Assembly (NCBI GenBank): GCA_002189035.1
Contig: NEEC01000017.1
Coordinates: 682,001-746,000, forward strand
Reading direction: 5' to 3'
Length of the DNA: 64,000 nt
Source of the DNA: Utricularia gibba
Lineage: Eukaryota; Plantae; Magnoliophyta
This document shows positions 50,679 through 62,826 of this stretch, in pieces. Below the pieces are notes generated by a model, which saw nothing but the letters and a program-made list of their open reading frames with translations, had not been told where the DNA came from and did no database searches. The position numbers were made by a program, and so were the translations under genes. Positions within the stretch are counted from its first letter, which is position 1. Each line of letters opens with the position of its first letter.

Positions 50679-52752
50679 ATCCTTGGCAAATCGCAGTGTT
50701 CCCCGAAGGAACTATTACTAAATCCCAAAACCGAAAAGGGGTTTCAAGAAAAAGCCTTTACAAACCGCCCCAGTCCCCCATCCCCACAAAAACCAACGAA
50801 AGAACCCATCCAACTCATTCATAACCTCAATTCTCGAAACCCTTTACATCTTCGACTGGAATAAACAGAAAACTAAAAAAAATACACCAAATTACAAGTA
50901 CCAGCTCCAACAGTTATTAAAGCACAAAAAATAGAAAAAAAGTGAGCAGATCTTAAAGCCTTTGCGCCACGTTCTGCATAACCCTAAAGAAGGAAAAGAT
51001 AGAGACTGGTCCGAGGAATAATGGGTATGCTGCAGAAAAAGCAGGAGCTGAAGCAAGCGCTTAAGTCTCAACTCTATCTCACACACACACAAACACTAAA
51101 CGGTGCGAGGAGCAACAATGAGCTCCAGATCTTTCATAAGATATGGTTCCCTTTTCATTTCAACTTTTATTTCCAGATGAAGAAACAGTTGATTCATGAG
51201 GCCGGAGTAGCGAAAACTATGCAAGCTTAGGAAAGCGTATCTATCATGGAGTCCACTGTACTGGTCAAAATTTTCTGTCATATAAAAGAATTTAATTTAA
51301 AAAATACTTTGCTGCGCACCAATGCATCAATTGGTTATTTATTCTTTTAGCCCCTTAGGTCTGTTATTATTGCAAGTCAAGCTACATCTCCACATGCCCT
51401 TTTGCCCAGGGTTGCTTACTACACTAACACAAAATTAAATAATAACAACATATTAGCATTCATTAATTAGTTTTAATTCAAACTAATAAATACTTATCCA
51501 CTTCTCTACCATTACGCATAATGTCAAACTCATCTAAGCATAGGGGCTTAATATCCAACTCTCTCAAAGCACTGATTGTTATATAGTTTTATTTTTCAGT
51601 TTTGGAGGGGGGCTAATATGAACTTACCAGAGATTAGGGACTAGCGTAGCAAAAAAAAAAACAAAATATGTCATTAAATGTAACGCCATGTTAAAAGAAT
51701 ATTCAAATAATAAAATACTTCTTTTATCCCTAGAACATTAAATTACCAGATCTAGGAGCATGATAAACTAAAAATACTGCCCACCAAGGGGGTATTGACT
51801 TCCACATGCGACGTCGTTTAAGTAACATCGCTGCCATGCTAAAAATAAATATACCTTTTGATCTACTGAGTGTGAAAGAGGAAAGTGCCCATTTTGCACT
51901 TCCAAAGGAGCTTTCTTAATACACTGTGAATTATAAGGAAAATTTCAACGGACCCGAGTTTTTTTTTACTTCGCAACGCCCTCCACCTGTCAAACATAGC
52001 AATAGATCAGGACCGATCCCAGAATTAATGTCGATTGAAACTTCATAATCGCTGCTGCTTGGAAACTACTGCAGTAAATAAAAAAAAAGAAAAAAAAGAA
52101 AAAAAAAAGAAGAAGAAAAGAAGAGTTCCTTCTTCATGCCCAATTAAATCCTAAGCCCAAAAATCGGCCATAGGCCCAGCCCACCAGGCAACGCGTCGTC
52201 AGTGGTGTCTCCCCACCAATTCGAGGACCAATGAAATCATTCGGATCAGAAATTGATGCATTCGGAAAGGTATGCCCAGAAAGAGGCTATGGCTTTTAAC
52301 ACAACAGAAATCTCGCCCACCCATGGTATCATCTGTCGGCAACCTCGCCGGAGTTAACAACCCTCCGCCGAGTGCTCATCTCATCAGGGCCCCCTTCCGC
52401 CTTTACCAATCATTCATGACAGAAGCTTTATTCGCCCATTACCGTGTAACAACTCAATTTCCCACGTACCGCCGTCGCTGCTATAATTTTTCCCTTTCGC
52501 CATTAATTTCGTATATCTCTATCCAGAGAAGCCACCTCGATTTACCAAGGTAAAAACACGAAAAATCGAATCAAAACCTAAAGAATTCATGGTTCTTACC
52601 TGGCTTTTATGGAGGGATAACGGTTCTGTGTTGCTTGATGCTCGGGATTCCAGTAAGGCGCACGTGGAGGCACGTGATAACCATCTGTTTTCTTGCTTTT
52701 TATTTAGGAAGGGGCAGAAACCCCACTCCCCACAGCACACTCTTGCAGGGGA

Positions 52753-53930
52753 ATGGAGCCCAGAAGCTTCTTGCTCGTTGTCGGCATCCTCCTCTTCGCC
52801 GCCGCCGACACTGCGGAGGCTCACAATATCACCCGGATCCTCGCCGCGCACCCAACTCTCTCCACCTTCAACCACTACCTCACCCTCACTCACCTCGCCG
52901 CCGAGATTAACCGTCGCCGCACCATCACCGTTTGTGTTGTCAACAATGACGCCATGGCCGAGCTGCTAGACAAGCACTACACGCTCCCAACCATCAGAAA
53001 CATTCTATCACTTCACATTTTTGCCGATTACTTCGGCGCCAAGAAGCTCCATCAGGTCTCCAAGGGCTCAACCACCACCTCCTCTCTATTCCAGGCCACC
53101 GGCGAAGCGGCTGGAACCTCCGGATACGTGAATATCACGGATATGAAAGGTGGGAAAGTCGGATTCTCTCCTGTAGACAGCGATTCCTCCCAGCCGGTGG
53201 CTACATTCGTTAAATCTGTCCATGAATTGCCGTACGATCTTGCGGTTATACAGATCAGTCATATTTTGACCTCACCGGAGGCCGAAGCTCCAACGGCGGG
53301 TCCTGGAGAGTTGAATGCCACTACTATCATGGGGAAACAGGGTTGCAAAGATTTCTCGGATCTAATTATCGCGCAAGGAGTTGAAGAAACCTTCACCCAG
53401 AGCCTCCAAGGCGGCCTGACAATTTTCTGCCCTTCCGGCGATACTCTCAAAGCCTTCATGCCCAAATTCAAAAATCTCAGTTCCGATGCCAAAACTTCCC
53501 TTCTCCTGTACCATGGGGTTCCGATTTACAACTCTCTGGGAATGCTGAAATCCAGCAACGGACTTTTCAATACTCTGGCTACTGAGGGAAGAAGAAGTAC
53601 GACTTCACTGTTCAAACCGACGGCGACGACGTGAAGCTCGAGACGAAGGTGGTGACGGCGACAATCACAGCCACATTGATCGACGAAGATCCGCTGGCGG
53701 TTTTCAAAATCAACAAAGTTCTCCAACCGACGGAGCTATTCAAGGCGGCGCCCGCCCCCAAGTCCGCGAAATCAGCTTTCGACGATGACTCAGCCGACGC
53801 TCCAAGCTCCGAGGACGAGGACGATACGTCGGCCGATTCGACCAGTGACGGCGGCGTTACCCTCCTACGCCGTTGGCCTCTCACGGCGTTTTTCACTCCA
53901 GTCCTTGTCAGTCTTCTCCTCCCATTTTGA
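52753..53930 (+). CDS. Fasciclin-like arabinogalactan protein (FLA1/FLA2 type; two FAS1 domains, GPI signal); one apparent 1-nt frameshift
   Basis: Signal peptide, AHNITRILA..FSTFNHYLT..INRRRTITV, YDLAVIQISHIL, GLTIFCP, LLYHGVPIY, then in the shifted frame KYDFTVQTDGDDVKLETKVV..LAVFKINKVLQP and a hydrophobic C-terminus. Confidence 0.92.
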
Positions 53931-55103
53931 CGTCACCTTCTTTTTCCCCCTTTCTTTTAATTATTTCCCCTATGATTGTGGTGCGCATTTCATGATTTGA
54001 GGTAAAAAAAACATATTAATTAAATATTGCGCCTTATTTCTCCTTGCTGTCTATTAGCTGGAACCAAGACGTGACACCACGTCTCGAATAATTCTGAAAT
54101 TAGAAATTGATGTGCAACATCCGAAGTCACTAATGGGTTGTTAGGGCACGATGAGACGACCAACTAAAGTAGCAAGTTGATGATAGGTTTGGGACTGATG
54201 TATCATCATCATGCATGATGTGTTCCAACCATAATAGGGACAGCTTTAAGACCTGCATAATGTACATAATGAATGATCGACATCATACATGAATAATTGA
54301 GATCCCATGCCTACTGAGCTTTTAATTTTTGCTTCATAATAAAAAAAAAGTAAAATAAATAATTGCAAAGTGATTTACATTTGTAATCAAGGTATAGACC
54401 TAAGTTTTTTCGCTCTATCTTATTTTAATTCAGTTTCTTCTACTATGAATTGGTTATTGAAAGAGATGTATTATTGATTTGCATCGCGACAAGATATATA
54501 AACGCTACAAAAAAATTAATAATGATATCTTAAATGCTGAAATTCGATTTTAAAACGTAGTTTGGAAGTGCAAATTAGACTGTTAGGCATCCGTGAGTAT
54601 GGGGAATGAATGTGTGGAGCTTATCGGGATTCTTGGTGTGGTGCGATTGTCGGTGGGGAAACCGAGGATCCAAGGCTTTTGTCGGTCATGTGCGAGTATG
54701 AAAGGGGGCTGGATATGGTGTGGGGCGGGCCAGGGGAGAAAGGCTGTGGCTGAGTCGTTACTGGAGGAAAAAAGTGGTGAGAAAGATTGCCGCTAGGGGT
54801 TGGGATTGCGAAATGGACAACGAAATTTGTGTGAAACTGCTCTTTAACCTACGTACATCAATCCGAATGTGAACCTTAAAACAGTGAATTAGGGCAATTT
54901 TATACCAGGAACAACAGAGTGAAATGCCACTACGAGAATCGGAACACGCGATCAAATCAGGGAAACACACATACGGAACTACTGAGCAATCGGAAAACAG
55001 TAACTCACCTGTAAAAAAACCGGCGGATAAACGGAACAGAAACACAAAGGTAAGTATCGGATGCAACCGGCGAGAGCGCACAGGTAACCCCGTTGGCCAA
55101 CAT

Positions 55104-55200
55104 TATTTATAGAGCCAATGAAAGTGGGGCCCATGCTTGATACTGGGCGTCGCCATCGAGGGTAGAGGTGGGCTGGATTCCAAGTTGGGCCTTCAGCCCA
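55104..55200. promoter_or_regulatory. Putative bidirectional promoter: TATA box on the minus strand, CCAAT box and several Site II motifs
   Basis: Minus-strand TATAAATA at 55111-55104, CCAAT at about 55115, GGCCCA 55128-55133, TGGGCT 55169-55174, TGGGCC 55186-55191 and AGCCCA 55195-55200, all upstream of the ETFA ATG at 55278. Confidence 0.5.
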
Positions 55201-55277
55201 TTATTCTGGCCTGGTTGCTTACTGTTGCAATGTGAAGACGAGCAAGTGGTTCTCCAGAATCGAACGGATCAAGAGCT

Positions 55278-57418
55278 ATGAATAGGATGAGAATCCGCGC
55301 GCTACTTGGAGCTTTTCGAGGGAGAGCATTCTGTCCTCGCGTGTCCATCGTCTCTCGATTGGTAATTCATCGTATTACTGAAATGGATGGAGTTGGAAAT
55401 CGTTCGTCTTTTGTTGATGGACTTGGGTTTTAATGAGTTTGGTGGTACTTTGTCGTCGATGAAGATCGCAGGATTGATTCTTTTTTTGTAATGCTTTAGA
55501 TAAGTACTCTGGTTCTGGCTGAACATGAGGGAGGTTCTGTAACAGCTTCATCTTTGTGTGCGTTGGAGGCAGCAAAACTCTTGGGCGAGGGGAATTCTGT
55601 CTCTTTGTTGTTAGCTGGTTCGGGTCCTTCGTTACAAGAAGCTGCTGCTCATGCTGCATCATGCAGTCCTTCCATTTCTCGGGTGCCAAACGTTTTTTTT
55701 TATACATATATAGCTTTTACTTATATTGTTGATAGACCTGCCAGAAAAATTAGGGTCATTTATACTGAGGGTAGCCAGTTTTGAAAATTAGGGGCAAAAA
55801 TTTTATAGTGAGGGTGGCCAGTTTTTTCACACACATATCATCATATAGCCACATTTCTGAAAATCCCAGAAAAATATGGGGTCAGATGCAGAGGATTAAA
55901 TGAGGTTCGAGCCTTGCATAGAGCAGGGTGATAGCATCTCCTTGTTGTGTTGCAGGTTCTTCTTGCAGATTCGGACAAGTTCTCATATCCTCTTGCAGAG
56001 GCCTGGGGTAAACTAGTGCACGCTCTGCAACAGAAACGGAACTACTCCCACATCATTGCTGCTTCAGGTTCCTTCGGGAAGAATATTCTCCCTCGTGCTG
56101 CAGCTCTACTTGATGTTTCTCCTATCACTGATGTAATTGAGATTCATGGGCCAAGCGTATTTGTCAGGTAAAGCGTATTTTTCTGTTATGTTTCCTGGAA
56201 CATATTCACTGGATTGGTGCAAAAGGAGCTACACGCGAGGGTGTTACAAATTGTTGATATTGCACTTGTTTTCTTTACTTCTTTTTGGTAGGCCAATATA
56301 TGCTGGTAATGCCCTGAGTACAGTGCGATACATCGGTTCAAAACCATGCATGCTTACCATTAGGTCTACATCATTTCCTCTTGGGCCAGATTCTGCATCT
56401 CATGGTTCTGTTGATGTTGCTGTTGAGACCGTGGATGTTTCCCCATCAGTGAAGGTTAGCCATGTAACTTCCCCATTGCTGTAAATATGTACTGGAAGTT
56501 CTAGACCATTATCTTCGATTCTTTAATCATGAGCAGTTTTCATTCTGCAAGCTTCTTGTTTCAGATGAAGCTTTCAAAAAATCGAAGTACATAAGCATTT
56601 CCTCTCTAGATAAAGAGCGTCCGGATCTGGGAAATTCGCGTGTCGTTGTAACTGGAGGGAGAGGCCTCAAAAGTGCTGAAAATTTTAAAATGATTGAAAA
56701 ACTTGCCGAGAAACTTGGTGCTGCAGGTGCTTCTAATTAACTTGATTTTTAGGCTTTTGTGCTGGTTGAAGTTCTTCTTTGTAGAAGGATAATTCTGTTT
56801 GGAGCTTGTGCTTTTCTTCTTATCCTATTGTTCTGAATGTCAATTTGACTTATCATTTCACACAGTTGGAGCTACGCGTGCAGCTGTAGATGCTGGTTTT
56901 GTACCAAATGAACTTCAAGTGAGATAAATTCTCTGTCTGTTTGGATAGTATTTTACAAAGCACATGGTATACTGGAAATATTTGGATTATCCATAAAAAC
57001 ATTAACCACAATCCCTTACCAGGTTGGTCAAACTGGAAAAATTGTTGCTCCTGAGTTGTACATGGCTTTTGGTGTTTCTGGAGCTATTCAACATGTAGCC
57101 GGAATGAGAGATTCGAAGGTCATAGTTGCTGTAAATAAAGATGCCGATGCACCAATTTTTCAGGTCCTGTTTTGCTAACTACGTTTTATTGCAATAGTTC
57201 TTCATGAGTGATAGAATAGAGCTGCTGTTTTTAGCAGAAGCTTTGAAGAAAGCTTTTTGTCCTAATCTCACTTGGTTAAAAATATTTCTTTTCTTGCCTG
57301 TGCGCCAGCAATTCTTTATCCTCAGACATCTCACTTGCAGGTTGCTGACTACGGAATCGCTGGTGACCTATTCAAGATCATTCCAGAATTGCTGGACAAG
57401 CTTCCTGAGAAAAAATAA
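55278..57418 (+). CDS. ETFA: Electron transfer flavoprotein subunit alpha, mitochondrial
   Basis: Presequence, then [89 protein letters not shown]. Confidence 0.96.
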
Positions 57419-58547
57419 ATGTAAGATGTTCGCTTTTCTCACCCACAATAGAAAGCTTCATCTTTAATTGCTTTTAGAGTTTCAAGTTTTCACTGAATGA
57501 GCATACACACAAATTTTAATTTTCTCGCTATACCTGTGCCTTTTAGATATTTGAACTTTTTGGAGTATTAAAAAGTGGAGCACCAGCAATATCGGAAGGT
57601 GTTGGTTTTATTCAACAAATTGCACATTCACAGTCGCACCAATCGGATCCTTTTGCAACACTTGCGAAGTTGCGTTCCTTTGTGTGCCAATCCCGAAGTT
57701 GTCCTTCAGGTGTAGCGATCAGTGTGGTCCTGGTGTCTCGAATGAAGGTATCAAATTTGTGGTGAACATTTTTGCTAATTAATAACAAGCATGTCTAATG
57801 AAGTTTACCTTAATTCTGTGTAAATTGTACTCTTTAAACACTGAGCGAATAAATTCTGATGAACGGTATGGATAACAAGCCGTTTGTGCCATTAGAAGAT
57901 AATCAACCATTGGCTTCCAACCTCTTCACCTGGGTTTGACTATAGGACTAGGATGTATGTTATTATTGCAGCTGACTGAAATATCGATTGACCTTTATAT
58001 TTTCAGCCATTTTTTTATATTGGAAAAGACATTCATTCTAATCTATCACTAGCCTTTTCTCTTAATGAATTTTTTACCACTTGGTTCCCCAAAGTTTGAA
58101 ATTGCTATCTACTTTGTTATGTTAAAATTCTCGTAGAAATTTTTTCCCATGACATTCTCTGTACATATTATTAAATACATAAAGTTGATTGTTCGTACTT
58201 ACATTTATATGGCCACCCAGTAAGAAACTGGAGCTCTTTCTACTCTTCTCTTATCAGTTATTTAGGTTTGAAAGTTCTTGTCCAAAAAGAAGTTGAACTT
58301 GGTAACCATTATAGTGACTATAATTACAAGAAATAAATTTGCCTTGCATATTATATCAGAAGGGCTCTAGTGATACATGATCTGTCATAAAGTTGCATCT
58401 GTTACAATTCTATTTTTGAGTGGAAAACCGTGAAAATTTTATTTTCTTTAGTACTGTCTGTTGGTCTTTTTGTTCATGTACCAGTAGTGGGATCCAAGAA
58501 CATCGTTGGTGGAAGAGAAGTCTGCTTTTACCTGCACCAGATGTAAG

Positions 58548-59141
58548 TCAAGTGTGATATGAAACGGTGGATCTCATGTTTTTGGTAGTTTTGTGTATGG
58601 ATATGTGTAGTACCGTGGATATTTCGAACTCAAAAGATTCACTTTTGTGATCCATGAAGTAGTGGTAGTGGTTCTTGTGAGAAACCTCCTGAGAATAATG
58701 TGGAAGAAAAGTGATGAGAAGATGAAGAACAATAACATGATATGGGGACTGTTTTCAAATTTGCGCTATATTTTGTTGGAGTAGAACAAGGAAACAGACT
58801 CAAACCTTGGGGCTTGTAATAGGGGAGCTGGCAGTGTCTTCCAGATCAAAATCTATGGCCCTCAAAGCCCTCTGCATCTTGTAAGTGTCTTGCTTGTTCG
58901 CCACAGAGGGTGGGGAACCAGAACCGGAACCATCATTAGTTGCCGTAGAAAACCCTTTGGAGTCCTTGGCCAGCTTCTTGACTGCAGATGAAGCGGCATC
59001 AGAAACAAGAGAAGGGGTCTCCAGCTCTGATGAGAAGCTGTAGTCCTCATCATCAAAGCCTTCTTCGTTACTCTCGAATCCTTGGAAGTAGTATGTCCAG
59101 CTGCTTTCTTCCATCTGGGAATCTGATTTGTAACTCTCCAT
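58548..59141 (-). CDS. VASCULAR-RELATED UNKNOWN PROTEIN 1 (VUP1)/SOFL-like small protein
   Basis: Exon 1 (59141-58806) has EESSWTYYF, SLVSDAAS and LEDTASSP..SPKV, the VUP-family motifs. The second exon (58688-58548) is tentative and lacks the GLCLVP tail expected for this family. Confidence 0.72.
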
Positions 59142-62100
59142 GATCAGGACATGGACGAGATGTGCTGACCATATATAGCGGCTGAGAAGTAGCCAGCTAG
59201 AGCCATGGTTTGAAGTAAGGTAAAAAGCAGCATTGAAACTGACTTTAACTGTGTCTGTGACAAATGTTTTGTTTTTGCTCTGGATTCAATGCCCGTCACC
59301 TTTTCCTGTGGCATTGAATTCCTACATTTTCCACACAAAGATTCTCCATATCTTGCTCACAAACAATAGCAGGGATAGGGATGTTCTTTTCCAGTTTTGA
59401 AAGCCAAGTTTTCTCTAGGGCAAGTGACACTTCTTGAGATTGAACAACCGGACTCCCACTTTATGATCAAAGTGTGCAATCACAATGTTGCGCACGCATT
59501 TCCTTCCTCTTTGCATGATCTTAAACGACAATGTCTCTCGTAAGCTTGACCATTACAAGTCTTCGTCTGTGCGTGGGAACATACAACATCTGGTCCGGAA
59601 TTGGAGCCCGGAAACGTAGTTTTGACTTGTTAGAAGTGACACCACCCTAGCAAGTAAGTCAATCCCAGATGATATGATGCAACCCCACATCAAGATTCTC
59701 CAAATCTTGTACAAAAATTCATTTTTAATGATCAAATCTTTGGTCTTCCCGGATAACAATTAAATAATGAATCTAGCAGCAAGAGGAGCTGCGGCTGTAA
59801 CCTGCAACCGCACGCTGCTGTTTCTCCTCCATGGCCACAGCTTAGTGTACAGAGCTTCGTAGACTTCTCCCATGCAATCAATACATGAAAAAGCACCTGC
59901 CCAGTAACAGGGAGAGTTCCCCATACTGGTTTCACGAGTATCCATCCATCTGTGAATTGACTTGTTAACAGTTTCGATGTTGGGTAAATAATTTCAAGTA
60001 GTCGGGTGGCAGTAAGTAAATGCGAGTGGAGTTATGATTGCAGAAGAGGAAGGCGAGTGGCAGGTCTGCTGCTCCCACATTCGTGCTACTTCAGCCTCTG
60101 CTGTACTGTTTCATCTTTCAACTACAACAACAACAGGGTGTGATGTAAACCGGTTGCCTTGTTCCACCACTTTTGTAGACGGCTCCAGGCCGGAGCCCGG
60201 ACCCCGGCCCATCGGCAAATGGGGTCGTTGTCTTCCGGTTTACTTAACCCAGTCGGCGTATTACAAGTTGTGTTTTACCACGGCCGGCGGTCATTAAGAA
60301 GAGTTTATGAGAGGAATAATTACCTTTTGACTCTTTAAAAATGCGACCCTTTTTAATCTTGTTACCCAAGTCAGATGTCTGACGAGTTAACCGCCCTTAG
60401 AAATCAATTTTTCAATTTTTTTTTTTCTAAAACAAAATATTTTCAAAATTTTGGTTTTGGATCAAATTCAAACATTTCATAGAAATCAATGATGATATCC
60501 ATAGACAAATTTCTTTGAAGAGTTGATAGTAGGTTAAAGAGTTTGGATATTATGAATTTGGAGACATTCTAAACATTGATGTTGTGTATGCATGAGAAGA
60601 ATAGCATTATTGCTTACATTACCTTTGCCCACAATCTACCTGCACTATGATAATGAGTTAAATATCTCATTCAAACAATGGTAGAATACAATCTAAAAAA
60701 GTGGGAGGATGGGGCCACTATGTTATCTTTTTAAAAAATATTACTATAAATCTTTTTTACTTAAACGATAACAAAACCCCATTTGAATTGATCTATGTTC
60801 TGCCCTCTATGTCGAAGTTGGATATATCATCAAACTTTATTCTAGAATCACATTCTGCATACAAAGAAAACAAATCAATCCTATTCATTACATTTCAAAC
60901 ATGTTAGAAAATATTTGTTAAGATATATATATATATGTTTGAGGATTGACTATAAAGTCAAAGGTTGTATAATTCTCATACTTATTTCTACCAAATCACA
61001 ATTTATGACATTCAAATCCAAAATAATCTCTAACAAAGAATGATTTTCATGAATTTTTTAATTAATTTATAGAATTTGAGAAGGGAAAAATACGTTTTGA
61101 TGCGAACGTTTCAAAAATTGTTTATAATTAGATGCACACGTTTTTGAAAATAGTTTTGTGGTACAAACGTTTCAGTTTTTATTCAAATTCAGTATTAATA
61201 TTTCAAAATATATTATTTTAATACAAACGTTAAATATTATATCATTTTTCAAATAACAACGTTTTTTAAAATATTTTTTAAATACATACGTTGTTTAAAA
61301 AGTTAAAAAACAATACAAACGTTTTTTCATACATACTTTTTAATACATACGTTTATTGTAAACTATGATTTTGAATAAAATATATTAAAAATAATTAATA
61401 TATTACAATATATATTAAAAATTAATAGAAAAAATATAAGTTATGTGTCTTTCAAATTTTCATGTTTTCTATCTCATTAATTTTCGATTAGAATAAATTT
61501 TTAATTAAATCTTTATGTGAAATAAAATATGTATTTAACTTAACTATCAATTTAATTTACTTCATTATGTGAATTAGATTATTATATTATATTTATATTT
61601 ATAAGTTTTTCAAAATTTACAACAATATCCGAAAACTTTTTCTAATAATTCAAAAATATCTAAATAATATATTAATATTATAAGTAATATAATTGTAAAT
61701 ATGTATTCCAACATTTAATAATTTGAGTACATCATAATAAACTTAGTGCATTTTAAGTTGGTCAATCACTTTTTTATAAAATGATATATGTCATTAATTA
61801 AATATTTCTATTGATTTGGATACAATGAAAACTAAATATTAGATATTTAAACATTTTTTTCAAATCATCGAAATGTTTAAATATCATCTTATCCATCAAA
61901 GTAAACTAAACGATACCAATCAAAAGAAACAGCGATATAGTTATTGAAGTTTGGGAATCACCTGCATCAAACTAACCAGTTCATCCCTACATGCTATACG
62001 TATTCGATTTCAGGGGAATCGCCGACGTCCATCCATCATCACATTTGGAAATTCACATGTTGCAGCGAATTGTAACACATCATAACTCGTATACCAACTT

Positions 62101-62220
62101 CTCGTAAGCTACAAAATGATCAAAGTTAGTAGTATTCTACCTATAGTATTTAACAACTTTGAATGGTTAGAGGCTTACAAATGATGGATACTCAGAAGGA
62201 AAGAAAACTGGTGGTGCATT

Positions 62221-62826
62221 CTGCATGAGGAGCCTCACCGAATATAAAGCATATAACCCACATTCAGTTGATCCAGTTTGTAGTCGAATCTATATTAAGA
62301 ATAACTATAAAAATGAATTTGCTATAAGTGTTTGTGCTATGCTATTTATTGATGTTGCATTGTGTGTACCTCAGAAAAGCGAATAGGCACAAAATCCAAC
62401 TCATTAACATCGAAAGAAGGTGCCGCAAACCCTAGCATGTATTTTAGACACCTACACATGTAAAGTAGTGGGTAAGTCATAGCTAATTTATTGATTAATG
62501 TAGTATAATAATTTCTAGTACCTATAAAAATCTTCTTCCGCTGAACATAATACATCCCCTGCACCCAAAGAATCTAAGACAATGATCATTCTATTACGAG
62601 CGTCTCCAAAGTTACAGCATATCGTCACCACCCAATGACCTCTAGTTGTAGAACATAACAGGTCAAACACATTGTATATAATGTTCAAATATAAAGCAAA
62701 GTGTATCTTACCGATAAACAATAGGCCACACAATGTATGGGCAAGTAAGAAAGGCTGGTCGATGGGGAAATATTCTACAAACTCTCTCCTTATTATCAAT
62801 CCACTAATTGAAATATAGAGGGTCAA
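62221..62826 (-). pseudogene. Transposon-borne Ulp1-like (peptidase C48) cysteine protease remnant
   Basis: GHWV (His about 62636), IVLDSL (Asp about 62573) and QTGSTECGLY (Cys about 62261) occur in the H-D-Q-C order of C48 peptidases. Confidence 0.75.

Noticed and set aside
54207-54220. Palindrome CATCATGCATGATG
   Set aside because: Low-complexity CAT/ATG repeats; no supporting context.
55047-55057. ATACTTACCT on the minus strand resembling the U1 snRNA 5' end
   Set aside because: The downstream sequence does not continue as U1, and no USE element is evident.
59732-59945. Two 61-67 aa minus-strand ORFs upstream of the VUP-like gene
   Set aside because: No match to conserved-peptide uORFs I know (SAC51, SAMDC) or to any protein family.
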